64,000 nucleotides of DNA from Octopus sinensis (lineage: Eukaryota): NCBI RefSeq assembly GCF_006345805.1, contig NC_042998.1:9052001-9116000 (forward strand), in the 5' to 3' direction. Shown here one piece after another: positions 25,668 through 38,429 of this stretch. The position numbers were made by a program, and so were the translations under genes. The notes below the pieces were generated by a model. That model searched no databases. It was not told the DNA's origin and saw nothing but the letters and a program-made list of their open reading frames with translations. Within the stretch, counting starts at the first letter, position 1. Every line of letters begins with the position of its first letter.

Positions 25668-25825
25668 GTGTTGCTGGTGGCTTAACGAACCTCTCAAAAA
25701 TGCCAGCCTGTAATCTCTTAGTTCTTGGTGCACAGAAAAAAACCCTCTCTGGTTTCTCCACTGCAGCTATAATGCCTCATACAGGCTTTATTTATCAATG
25801 TGAAATTTGCACCAAAACACCACTA
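25668..25825 (+). CDS. PRPF31: Prp31 coding exon 8 (GVAGGLTNLSKMPACNLLVLGAQKKTLSGFS...KTPL)
   Basis: Nop-domain GVAGGLTNLSKMPACN. tacag acceptor, gtaagt donor, 158 nt. Confidence 0.97.
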
Positions 25826-25885
25826 GTAAGTTTCCTTTTGAATTTTCATAAAATCTTTTTCTTTTTATTTGATACACAAATTAAG

Positions 25886-28700
25886 ATGGTGCTGGTGCCA
25901 TGTAAAAAAACACTAGTTCTGGTACCACATAAAAAAAGCCCTGGTGCTGGTACCACATAAAAAGGCCCTGGTGATGGTACCACATAAAAAAAGTCCTGGT
26001 GCTGGTACCACATAAAAATGGCCCTGGTGCTGGTACCACTTAAAAAAGGCCCTGGTGCTGGTACCACATAAAAAAGGCCCTGGTGCTGGTACCACATAAA
26101 AAAGGCCTTGGTGCTGGTACCACATAAAAATGGCCCTGGTGCTGGTACCACATAAAAAAGGCCGTGGTGCTGGTACCACATAAAAAAGCACTGGTGCTGG
26201 TACCACATAAAAAGGCCCTGGTGCTGGTACCACATAAAAATGGCCCTGGTGCTGGTACCACATAAAAAAGCCCTGGTGCTGGTACCAGATAAAAAGGCCC
26301 TGGTGATGGTACCACATAAAAAAAGCCCTGGTGATGGTACCACATAAAAAAGACCTGGTGCTGGTACCACATAAAAAGCACTGGTGTTGGTTCCACATAA
26401 AAAGGCCCTGGTTCTGGTACCACATAAAAAAAGCCCTGGTGATGGTACCACATAAAAAAGACCTGGTGCTGGTACCACATAAAAAGCACTGGTGTTGGTT
26501 CCACATAAAAAAGGCCTGGTTCTGGTACCACATAAAAAAAGCCCTGGTGATGGTACCACATAAAAAAGACCTGGTGCTGGTACCACATAAAAAAGCACTG
26601 GTGTTGGTTCCACATAAAAAGGCCCTGGTTCTGGTACCACATAAAAAAAGCCCTGGTGATGGTACCACATAAAAGCACTGGTGTTGGTTCCACAAAAAAA
26701 GGCCCTGGTTCTGGTACCACATAAAAAAGCACTGCTGATGTACCACAAAAAAGCACTGGTGTTGGTTCCACATAAAAAGCACTGGTGTTGGTTCCACATA
26801 AAAAAGGACCTGGTTCTGGTACCACATAAAAAAGCACTGCTGATGGTACCACATAAAAAGCACTGGTGTTGGTTCCACATAAAAAGCACTGGTGTTGGTT
26901 CCACATAAAAAGCACTGGTGTTGGTTCCACATAAAAAAGGCCCTGGTGCTGGTACCACATAAAAATGGCCCTGGTGCTGGTACCACATAAAAAAGCCCTG
27001 GTGCTGGTACCAGATAAAAAGGCCCTGGTGATGGTACCACATAAAAAAAGCCCTGGTGATGGTACCACATAAAAAAGACCTGGTGCTGGTACCACAAAAA
27101 AAGACCTGGTGCTGGTACCACATAAAAAGCACTGTGTTGGTTCCACATAAAAAAGGCCTGGTTCTGGTACCACATAAAAAAAGCCCTGGTGATGGTACCA
27201 CATAAAAAAGACCTGGTGCTGGTACCACATAAAAAGCACTGGTGTTGGTTCCACATAAAAAAGGCCCTGGTTCTGGTACCACATAAAAAAAGCCCTGGTG
27301 ATGGTACCACATAAAAAGCACTGGTGTTGGTTCCACATAAAAAAGGCCCTGGTTCTGGTACCACATAAAAAAGCACTGCTGATGGTACCACATAAAAAGC
27401 ACTGGTGTTGGTTCCACATAAAAAGCACTGGTGTGGTTCCACATAAAAAAGGACCTGGTTCTGGTACCACATAAAAAGCACTGCTGATGGTACCACATAA
27501 AAAGCACTGGTGTTGGTTCCACATAAAAAGCACTGGTGTTGGTTCCACATAAAAAGCACTGGTGTTGGTTCCACATAAAAAAGGCCCTGGTGCTGGTACC
27601 ACATAAAAATGGCCCTGGTGCTGGTACCACATAAAAAAGCCCTGGTGCTGGTACCAGATAAAAAGGCCCTGGTGATGGTACCACATAAAAAAAGCCCTGG
27701 TGATGGTACCACATAAAAAAGACCTGGTGCTGGTACCACATAAAAAGCACTGGTGTTGGTTCCACATAAAAAAGGCCCTGGTTCTGGTACCACATAAAAA
27801 AAGCCCTGGTGATGGTACCACATAAAAAAGACCTGGTGCTGGTACCACATAAAAAGCACTGGTGTTGGTTCCACATAAAAAAGGCCCTGGTTCTGGTACC
27901 ACATAAAAAAAGCCCTGGTGATGGTACCACATAAAAAAGACCTGGTGCTGGTACCACATAAAAAGCACTGGTGTTGGTTCCACATAAAAAAGGCCCTGGT
28001 TCTGGTACCACATAAAAAAAGCCCTGGTGATGGTACCACATAAAAAGCACTGGTGTTGGTTCCACATAAAAAAGGCCCTGGTTCTGGTACCACATAAAAA
28101 AGCACTGCTGATGGTACCACATAAAAAGCACTGGTGTTGGTTCCACATAAAAAGCACTGGTGTTGGTTCCACATAAAAAAGGACCTGGTTCTGGTACCAC
28201 ATAAAAAAGCACTGCTGATGGTACCACATAAAAACACTGGTGTTGGTTCCACATAAAAAGCACTGGTGTTGGTTCCACATAAAAAAGACCTGGTGCTGGT
28301 TCCACATAAAAAGCACTGGTTGTTGGTTCCACATAAAAAAGGACCTGTGCTGGTACCACATAAAAAGCCACTGGTGTTGGTTCCACATAAAAAGCACTGG
28401 TGTTGGTTCCACATAAAAAAGGACCTGGTTCTGGTACCACATAAAAAAGCATGCTGATGGTACCACATAAAAAGCACTGGTGTTGGTTCCACATAAAAAG
28501 CACTGGTGTTGGTTCCACATAAAAAGCACTGGTGTTGGTTCCACATAAAAAGCACTGGTGTTGGTTCCACATAAAAAGCACTGGTGTGGTTCCACATATA
28601 AAAAGCACTGGTGTTGGTTCCACATAAAAAAGGACCTGGTTCTGGTACCACATAAAAAAGCACTGCTGATGGTGCCAAGTAAAAAGCATTGATGTTAGGT
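25886..28700. repeat. About 100-unit minisatellite (26-28 bp, consensus GGTWCCACATAAAAA(A)(A)G(G/C/A)(C/A)CTGGT(G/T)HT) with higher-order structure
   Basis: Tandem units are directly visible. The array runs into an RTE-UTR-type terminus at 28700-28860. Confidence 0.97.
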
Positions 28701-28964
28701 AAAAGGCACCCAGTACACTCTGTAAAGTGATTGGCATTAAGAAGGGCATTCAGCTACAGAAACCATGCCAAAACAGACTAAGGAACCTGGTCTTGCCGGC
28801 TCCTGTCAAATCATCCAACCCATGCCAGCATGGTAAAACAGATGTTAAATGATGTTGTTGTATATTAAGAACAAAGAAATGTCACAGTGGTTTGATATAC
28901 TTTTTCGTTTACTAAGTCTTCAAATTGATACATTCATTTTTAAAAATTCGATTTCTTTCACTAG

Positions 28965-29182
28965 GATTTAAGGAAAACTGCAGCTAAGTTTGTTGCCGCC
29001 AAAAGCACTTTGGCTGCACGTGTTGATAGCTTCCATGAAAGTCAAGATGGTCATGTTGGAGAAACTCTCAAAGCAGAAATTGAGCACAAATTGGACAAGT
29101 TGATGGAACCTCACAAATATAAACATGTCAAGCCATTACCTGCACCCATTGACCCCCCTCGCAAGAAGCGTGGTGGCCGCAG
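28965..29182 (+). CDS. PRPF31: Prp31 coding exon 9 (DLRKTAAKFVAAKSTLAARVDSFHES...PRKKRGGRR)
   Basis: LAARVD motif and the RKKRGGRR NLS. AG/GT boundaries, 218 nt. Confidence 0.97.
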
Positions 29183-29377
29183 GTAAGAAAAACATTTACA
29201 TACGTACAACAATTTTGTGGGAATCTGGGCAGGGTGATTAAAATGGAAAATTGATAATCTCTTTGAATCTTAATTCTAACTTTCAAATTTGAATTAGATT
29301 TAATTAAAGAATTTAGTTAATATCTGTAAAATTCTATGAAAATCTCTGTGGTATCCAACTGCACTTGTCGTCATTTA

Positions 29378-29948
29378 TACTGGGTTGTCCAGAAAGTTTG
29401 TGCCGATTTTTAAAGGAGAGAAAAAGGTCAATAAATACTTGCCGTTAAATTTTTAATCAACCATATTTGAACCATTTTGTTGCACAATGTGTCTCCATCT
29501 TTCCTTTAACTTGAAAATACCCTCTTCCCAGAATTGAGGTGGTTTCATGGCAAAGAATTCATCAAGGTATCTTTTTATGTCATCCAAGGAATTAAAATTT
29601 TTACCATTAAGACTATTCTGCAGAGACCTGAATAAGTGGAAATCCAAAGGAGCAATATCTGGTGAATATTGAGGGTGGGGTAACACATCCCAGCCGAGCT
29701 GCAGCAATTTTTGTCTGGTTCCCAAAGCATCAAGTACCGAAAATGAACTTTCTTAACTTCCATTTAAAAGGGTTACAGAATTAACACTGGTTATAGGAAC
29801 ATAAACTTTCTTCCGCAAAAAGATAGCTTAAACTGTGCTCTAAGTGGAGGTGTAGTAAAATCCTATTTTATGGACTCAACCATGTTCTAAAATAAGTCGA
29901 AAGGTAAGCTACTATAAATCGGCATGAACTTTCCGGACACCCCAATAC
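29378..29948 (-). mobile_element. Internally deleted mariner with both TIRs
   Basis: HPQYSPDIAPLDFHLFRSLQN motif. About 32 bp TIRs (tactgggttgtccagaaagtttgtgccgattt / aaatcggcatgaactttccggacaccccaata) flanked by TA. Confidence 0.85.
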
Positions 29949-30294
29949 TAATCAATTCACATTTATATACTGTGGAAACCAAAGGGTTTCCATTTAAATT
30001 TGCAAATATCTTCTTAAAACCAGGAGTACCATATTCAATTTTCATGCCAAAATTCAAGATAAAGAAGTGGAAATATTTGCAAGTGTCACATGACCAAAGT
30101 TTTAACCCTTCAGCATAGAAATCCGCCATATCAAGCCCAAATACTCTACCTGCTTTTATGTTCTAACTGGCCAGATCTGGTGTCCCACCTCTACCCTACA
30201 ATGTTGTTCTAAAAATGAACAATCGCATCATTAAAATCTCAAAGCTATAAAATAATGCATAATTAATTCAAAACAATGAATAAATATGTATTAC

Positions 30295-30960
30295 CAGTGG
30301 CGGCTTGTGTATAGGAGCTGCAGCACCCCCTATTTCCACTCGATATTATCGATAACATTCAATATAATGCGTCCTTTTTTTCTTTAATTCTTTCTTTATA
30401 TTTGTACATTATACAATCCTTAAGTTTAATGTCAGTAGCCATCCCCTAGTTTATGAAAAAAAAAAAAAAATCCCTGTATAGAACTCTGCGATTCACAGTT
30501 CCAGTGATGCGGTGTTTGGCTGTTGTGCGCATGCTCACATGTCCAAGATAGAAAGCTTCACACTAGGGAGAGAGAGCACTGCGTGAATGACAGTGCCAGG
30601 CGGAAGGTACATGTTGTGCTTAAACACGTATTTATATTCTTGAATGTGATAAAGTGTAGAATTAGATTATTAACCTGCTTCCAACTTCAATGTTGCTGCC
30701 AGGATTTGAAAAATAGGGCACATTTCCCCACCCCCTTATTTTGTGATTTAGTTGGGATTTTTGAAAAACAAGGGGGAATTCACGGCAGTGTTCAGTGAAC
30801 AAATTAAACACACTACTCAGCAGTGGCTAAAATACAAACCATTCAAATTTATGTGTAAATTTTCTTTTTATATGTTTGTTTCCTTTTATACAGTATTAAA
30901 ACAAAGGCTAAAAACTTTCTGAAGCAGCACCCCAACTAATTTTATCTATGAACCGCAACT
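30295..30960. mobile_element. hAT-like non-autonomous element nested in a piggyBac-like MITE
   Basis: Imperfect TIRs cagtggcggcttg / ctatgaaccgcaactg and subterminal gcagcacccc repeats. TSD not resolved. Confidence 0.45.
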
Positions 30961-32040
30961 GAGTTTAATATTTGACAGAGTAAACTGAACACTAAAGCTT
31001 TTAATCAGTATGTTTTCTGCCTAAGATAAATCTGTACACATTTCAAAGTGATGCAGTGAAAGCCATGGTCAAGCTTGTTAATTACTGCTGTATGTTACTA
31101 TACTTAACAAAAAAGATTTGACAATTTATATGAAGGTAGTTATGATTTATGGATGATGCCATTATAAAAATTGAGGTAAATTGCTTGAAATCTTAAAATT
31201 GATCTGATGCTATGTGTGAGATATCATCCAAAGCATAAAGGGACATAACCAAATGCCATAAGATGTTTTGTCAGATGTTCTGTGTTTCAATATAGGCACT
31301 GAACCTCTTATCTGGCAGCCTTGATTGAGACCAGAGTTGGTCCGAATTTCAGGTCACAGGCTAAATATATACAGAAAATATAAAATAAACTACGAAAAGT
31401 AAATTTAAAAAATTGCATAGCAGACAAATTAATACATTTTTAAAGTAGGGTTTGTTTGATCTTTATTAAGCCACTTAAAATTCTTAAAACTCTTAAAATA
31501 TAGAATACTGTACTATGTATAATATATAGTTGAATTACTACAGTCCACAAAATTCAAAGCTAACCAGTTCCAAAAATAGCCAGATTTCTGATAATTCTGG
31601 ATTTCTGGATTCCAGATAAGAGGTTCGGTATTTGTATTTCTGAAGTATTGTGTTAAACATTATTATAAAAAATTATATTTTGTTAGTTATTTTCTATTCT
31701 GTTGTAAAAGAAGTCAACAGCCAAGTGAACTATAACTGTTTCAGTATTTGGCAGGCAGAGTTCATATTATTTAAGCTACATCACTTTTGTCCTTCGAGAA
31801 GTTTTGAATGTCTCAACTTGCTTTCCTCTCTACCCATAGTATCATAATTGAAGTAAGAAACACTTAGTTCATATTAAATTATAAAGGAAACGAAAGTCAA
31901 GCAAATTCTGAAAAGCATGTTGATTTGTCTGTTTAAAGACTGCATTATAAATTTTTCAATCTTTACACTCTATCTTCTAATTGAAGCCATTTTCTCTTTC
32001 CTTGTATTGTTATCAAATGTTTTACATATTTACTTTACAG

Positions 32041-32113
32041 AGCAAGAAAAATGAAAGAGCGTCTTGGACTAACAGAGATAAGGAAACTTGGTAACAGAAT
32101 GAATTTTGGTGAA
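32041..32113 (+). CDS. PRPF31: Prp31 coding exon 10 (ARKMKERLGLTEIRKLGNRMNFGE)
   Basis: Conserved RKMKERLGLTEIRK. tacag acceptor, gtgagt donor, 73 nt. Confidence 0.97.
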
Positions 32114-33905
32114 GTGAGTTTCATTTAGTACTTTTGCATTGTATTTTTAAGTGGTGTTTTGGTCAACTCAAAGTTTAATCATTCTTTTCTTGTTTTCCAT
32201 TGTTTATTTATTTATTTTGTGTGTGTGTGTGTGATAGCCTTGATAGAAGCAGCACTTGTAATAAATTACAAGTAAAAATTACCTGTAATAAATTACAAGT
32301 TAAGGCGGCGAGCTAGCAGAAACGTTAGCACACCAGGCAAAATGCTGAGCGGTATTTTGTCTGCCATTACATTCTGAGTTCAAATTCCTCCGAGGTCGAC
32401 TTTACCTTTCATCCTTTCAGGGTCGATTAAATAAGTACCAGTTACGCACTGGGGTCGATATAATCAACTTAATCCGTTTGTCTGTCCTTGTTTGTCCCCT
32501 CTGTGTTTAGCCCCTTGTGGGCAATAAAGAAATAAGTACTTGTAATAAATTTTAGACACATCTAAACTCAGGAGCAAATCCCAGATTAGGAGATTTCAAT
32601 GCTGTTTGGATTATTGAAATGGTCAGTGGAGAAAGTATTGATAGAAAAGGATCTCTAAAGGTGTGTAATTCTGGGGAAGAAAGATATTACAAATCATTAT
32701 GAAGCAAGGATGCTGGAAGGTAAAAGCATTGTGCACCTTATTGGTCTAAGCGAGGCTGATTGATATGCAGTGTTGGCAAGTTTGGAGAAACAATGGATTT
32801 TGTATGAGCAAAGCAGGTTTTTCACATTCGGTACTTATTCTAGTTATATTCTGCTTCTCATCAATTCTTTACTAACATTCTCTGTCAATACAGGTTTTAA
32901 TGGAAGTTTTCAATTTACCTTACATTGAGTTAAGTTTATTAATTGCACATGTCAAAAAAAAGCACCATCCGAACGTCATTAATGCCAAGTCCGCCTGACT
33001 GGCTCCTGTGCTGGTGGCATGTAAAAAGCACCATCTGAATGTGGTCAGTGTCAGGACCGCTTGACCTGGCTCCCGTGCCAGCGGCACATAAAAAGCAGCA
33101 TCCCAATATGGTTGATGCCTCGTGGTGCGTAAAAAGCACTATTCGAACATGATCGATGCCAGGGCTGCCTAACTGGCTCCCATTCCACCAGCACGTAAAA
33201 TGCTCCCACTACACTGTCAGAGTAGTTGACATTAGGAAGGGCATCTTGCTGTAGAAATATTGCCAGACCAGACTGGAGCCTGGTGCACATGCTGGCTCTC
33301 CAGACCTCAGTCGAACCATCCAACCCATGCCAGCATGGAAAACGGACATTAAACAATGATGATGATGATGTCGAAAGTCATGCATATTTTATTACTTTCC
33401 ATACACTGACATTTTTCAGTTTTATTTTAAGAGATTTTCTAAAACAAATTATATGTATTTAGCAAGTGTTAAAGATATTGGGGGAAAATTTTAAACAAAC
33501 AAGATTACAAGTTTAGTAACGAGAAAAACAAATCAGTAACTAAATGGGTAATTCTAATTAGGAGGCAAATCTAGAATATTAAGTTTAAATATTTGGAAAC
33601 AAAGTAGAGCGAGAAGTAAGTCTAGTCTTACAAATATATTAACTCTTTTGATGTCATTCTACCTGAAATTGCTGCTGATTCTATTACACAAACTGTTTTA
33701 AGGTGTTCGTATTTATATCACAATTTTTGAATAAAAAGAATTTATGTAAGAACATTCTAATTTATGTTCAAAATATTTGACTTAATCATGAAAAGAAATT
33801 GACTAAAACCCTTTAAATTGTTGATTATATTCAAAATTATTTGAAACACATAACTAGTATATTTCATGAAAGGTTTAAGTTATAGATGCTTTTTATTAAT
33901 GTTGT

Positions 33906-34113
33906 TGTATTTAGGAATGGTCATTTTGCCAGTTTAGCCAATAAAAATACATGCACTAACTGATGAGGTCACAGAAGTGTGACGAAAGAACTCTGGCCGA
34001 AATAAGATTAAGATTAATGTAAAAAATAAATAAAGCTGAAGCAAAGTAACACCAAATATATAGTGCATGTGTTTTCATTGGCTAAACTGGCAAAATGACC
34101 ATTCCGAAATACA
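33906..34113 (+). mobile_element. Penelope-like terminal-repeat fragment with 50 bp inverted ends and a hammerhead-like core
   Basis: Inverted arms at 33906-33958 and 34061-34113. CTGATGA-G-GTCAC/GTGAC-GAAA at 33960-33987. Confidence 0.5.
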
Positions 34114-34602
34114 TGTTTCAACACACGATTTCACATCAAGAATCTTGCAAAACAAATATATTAACGTTGCTTTTTATTAAGTTTATTAATAAATAGATAA
34201 GAATTTCTAATTATCTGAGATGGTTTCATTTTCCATTGCATACGTCATTGTTTCAGACACATTTTATCTCCCTCACCAAAACATCATCAAACAGCATAAT
34301 CCATTTTCCATTCCTTTTAAGTAAACCATCTAGTTTTCCTTCTATTTTCTTCATCTATAAGTGATACATCTAATATTTGGAACAACAGCTTTTTTCTGTA
34401 AATGTTCCTGTTATAGACTCAAAAATTCTAAGTTCATCATCATCGTTTAACGTCTGCTTTCCATGCTAACATGGGTTGGACGATTTTGACTGAGGGCTGG
34501 CAAACCAGATGGCTGCACCAGGCTCCAATCTTGATTTGGCAGAGTTTCTACAGCTGTTATACTTGCATAAAGTGTAACAGCAATGCTTATATGATCCCCC
34601 CC

Positions 34603-35559
34603 CCCCTCCTGTTTGTGGCATACATTAATGACATAGATGCCAATTTAAAGAATGCCACAGTATTGAAATATGCAGACGACATCAAGCTGTACCTTGAAAT
34701 CAAGAGGACTGATCCTGATGTCTACAACTCTTTCCTGCAATCAGACCTAGACACAATGCAGCAATGGATCACAGACTGGCAACTGAAACTGGCTGTGGAC
34801 AAGTGTACCACCATGCATTTTGGGAGAAAAAACCCTGTGTCCACATACTCCCTCCACAACACTGATATCAAGAAATCCTCTTGCGAGCGTGACCTAGGCA
34901 TCACTGTCAGCAGTGATTTGTGTTGGACAAAGCATATCTCTAAAATTGTCAAGAAGGCCGAGGGTGTCTTGGCATCACTCAGCAAGACTTTTGTTAGCCG
35001 CTCTCCAGCCATCTATTTAAAACTGTATACAGCTATGGTACGACCACACTTGGAATTCGCATCATCACTTTGGAACCCCTATCTTGCTCAGAACATTGAC
35101 CTCCTGGAATCTGTCCAGAGACGTGCAACCAAACGCATACCCTCCATCAGACACCTACCATATTCTGAGCGCCTTGTTTCCCTGGGCATGGATTCACTGA
35201 AGCTTCGGCGTCTGGCGATGGACTTGGTAAACACCCACAAAGTTATCAACCACCTCACCAACAACAACACTGAACACCTTTTTGATCTCCATGTGTCTAA
35301 CACACGTGGACATGCCTACAAAGTCAGAAAACGACACAGCTCCCATGACTTTCGGAAACATTTTTTCACGCTCAGAGTTGCTGAAGCATGGAATAAACTG
35401 CCTGCGTCAGTTGTTGACTGCCATGACACTGCATCCTTTAAGGCCCTCATGCTTTCCGAAATCCGCCGAAACTACACCTGATTATATATACACTTTAGAT
35501 GAGTTGTAGTGCACCTGAGCACTGTACACAATTATTATTATTATTATTATTATTATTAT
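34603..35559 (+). mobile_element. Same LINE family, copy truncated at PLLFVAYIND, open RT frame to 35481
   Basis: Near-identical to the 2630 copy, with YADD and an (ATT)n tail. Confidence 0.93.
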
Positions 35560-35949
35560 AATCAATATCATCATCAGACATTCTACTTCTACTAAAATAG
35601 CCTCTGTTCTTCGAGATTGGTGGATCTTGTATCTCTGCCATTCAGACACTCTCCACCCATTCATTTCACCTCCTCACATTAATTTTGTCCTGTTCAAACC
35701 TCCTCTCCCCTCACTCCAGCCAGGCCTCACACTAACAACTATTCCCAGTCCTTCATCCCCAGAACATGGCTGTCTGTCATCTCCCTGCTCACGTTTTCCT
35801 GGCAGGTGTCAACTTGGCATCAATGTCACCAGTTTCAGAGTACTTGCAGAGGCCACAAGGCCTACCCTTACCTCCAGACCCTGCAAATAAAAACAAAAAA
35901 TATTCTTTCATAAGCATTTCAGATTAGATTCCAATCCAAATGCTGACTG

Positions 35950-36515
35950 TCATCATCATCATCATCATTTAACGTCTGTTCTCCATGCTAGCATGGGTTG
36001 GATGGTTCAACCGGGGATCTGGGAAGCCAGGAGGCTGCACCAGGCTCCAGTCTTATCTGGCAATGTTTCTACAGCTGGATGCCCTTCCTAACGCCAACCA
36101 CTCCGTGAGTGTAGTGGGTGCTTTTTACGTGCCACCTGCACTGGTGCCAGGGGAGGCTGGCATCGGCCACGGTCGGATTGGTGCATTTTACGTGCCACCG
36201 GCACGGAAGCCAGTCAAGGAGGCGCTGGCATCGGCCATGAGTCGGATAGTGCTTTTTACGTACCACCAGTCCAGGGGTCCTGTCATCTGCCGGGTGCCAG
36301 TCATAGGATTGGTTCAATTCGATTTCGATTTCACTTGCCCCAACATGTCTTCGCAAGCAAAGGGGGTTGGCATGGGTGCCTGTCGTCGGATGAGGTTCTA
36401 TATCGACTTCGCTTGCCTCAGCAGGTTTTTGTGTCCAAGGGAGGAAAGGCATGCATAAGTGGGCTGGGCTCACTTGTCCTGCCTGGTCTTCTCACGTACA
36501 GCATATTTCCAAAGG
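35950..36515 (-). mobile_element. RTE 3'UTR copy including the last codons of the ORF
   Basis: Close match to 10333-11040. Confidence 0.88.
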
Positions 36516-38029
36516 CATAAAGTAATACATTTAGAAACCCATATGATTGTATCTAGTTAGAGAGCTGCTGAAAAAGTTCAAGGTTGCAAGAAGAGGCAAT
36601 TGAACTTGTATTGAATATGTAATACAATTAAATGAGATACTTGGTAGCTGAGAAGTGCTCTGGATTGGCAGTGGAAGTTTGGCATACTAGAATTAGACCG
36701 AGTAAGACACAGAAAGAAGTGATGAGGTTATTTAAGGCCTGAGAACAGGCCTTTCCCTTGATTCTGCATCATGTTGTCTTATAGATGAGACAACATGACA
36801 CAGATTCAAGGGAAAAGGAAATGTATGTTGCAAATGTACTCGATTCTTGAGTGCCACCTGTCAGCAAGAATAAAAAGGGCAGACCATTCGGCAACAGACA
36901 TTTCAAGATGACCTGAAGACATTCAGCATTGCATAGAATGGATGTACAAGAGCAGCAGTGAAGAAAGCTTGCTGCACTTTGTGCCGAGCAATGCAAGAAG
37001 AGGACTTGAAGCCAAAGCTTTCTATGATGGAAACACATGATGATAACGATGCCAACAGCAGTGACAATTTCTTCACTAATTAAAATTACTTAACCCTTTT
37101 GTTACTGTATTTCTATTGAGATGCTCTGTGTTTCTTTCAATTACTTGAAATATAACAAAGAAATTAGTAAAATAACTTGGTTATCATTCAGCTAGTGTTA
37201 GGAACATAAATTGTGATTAAAGTCTGGTGGAAGATTATGAAAACAAGACATTTGTACTCAGAGTCAGAGCCGGTTTCAGCCGGGTTGGTAACGAAAGGGT
37301 TAATGTTTTTTTTCTTTTATTCTTTTTGTCACTAACTTTTCATTTATGAAACTAATGGCATTCAAAATAGGCTCTGGTTGATGATATAGCTCGCTATTGT
37401 TGCAATGCTGGTTAGTTCTTCATACGTTATAGTTTCCATGGTATTTGATGCATGATACACCAGAATGGTTCCTTGTCATCTCCAAATACATTGAAACCTT
37501 AAGAATTACAGACAGTCATTGTTCTGTTCTGTTGTTCTATTTTCAAGAGGCTTCACATAGTAAACTGAGATGGAAGAGAATAGCTTTAACTGGGAGCATA
37601 CTTAGCTCCACTTGAAACTTCATTTTTGCTCTTTACTGCACACTTATTTTTTTAGTGCTGTTTATTGCTAATAAGTGGAAGCATGGCTGTGTGTAAAAAT
37701 TTTGCTTCCCAACCACATGGATCCTGGTTCAATCCCACTGTGTGGCACCGTGGGCATAACCTTGGGCCAATCAAATCCTTGTCAGTGGATTTGGTAGATG
37801 AAAACTGTAAGAAATCTTGACCACGTGTGTACCGTTGGCGATTTTTTCCCTCTGTCTTCCCTTCTCTGGATCTTTCCTTTTCCTATGTTTCCGACGAAGA
37901 GCTCCGCTCAAAACATTAAACCCTCCTTCTTTCCTTCTTTCCTGAGCATCCAATAACACTATGCTTGTTCCACGTCCTCGCGTTGTTGTGTTTTCATGTT
38001 TGGATTAACTTTATATATATATATATATA

Positions 38030-38429
38030 CTAGCAGTATCGCCCGGTGTTGCTCGGGTTTGTAAGGGAAATAACTATATAAGCATTTTTAGAGAGTTATA
38101 GCCCAAAAATAGCAAAAAAATGCATTAAAAATGGAAAAAAAATTATGGTAAATTTTTTTTTTAATCGTTGACTCATCGTAGACATTTTTAGAGAGTTACT
38201 TCCCTTATATAATAGTGAAAAAAATACATTAAAATGGAAAAAAATGATGGTAAATTTTTTTTTTAAATCGTAGACTCATCGTAGACACGCTCTAATACCC
38301 AGAAGGGCTCGATATGAATCACGACTATAAGATACCCGGTTTTGGTTAAACTGCACCACAAAATGTGGGAGTAGTTAGGAATCTAAATCGTAGGAGACAG
38401 ACACACAACTTCACTTTTATATATAAAGA
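38030..38429 (-). mobile_element. Non-autonomous Helitron
   Basis: On the minus strand: A|TC start, 3' hairpin cccgagc-aaca-ccggg and CTAG|T end, no TSD. Confidence 0.8.

Noticed and set aside
25886-28700. CRISPR-like array
   Set aside because: There are no unique spacers and no cas genes, and the context is eukaryotic and intronic. It is a minisatellite.
25846-28749. Three 860-970 aa minus-strand ORFs
   Set aside because: The tandem unit lacks stop codons on that strand, so all three frames are open. The translation is low-complexity and lies antisense within an intron.
34471-34602. N-terminal extension of the 336 aa ORF as an intact RT gene
   Set aside because: It is chance read-through from an adjacent RTE-tail fragment into a 5'-truncated LINE; RT homology starts at PLLFVAY.
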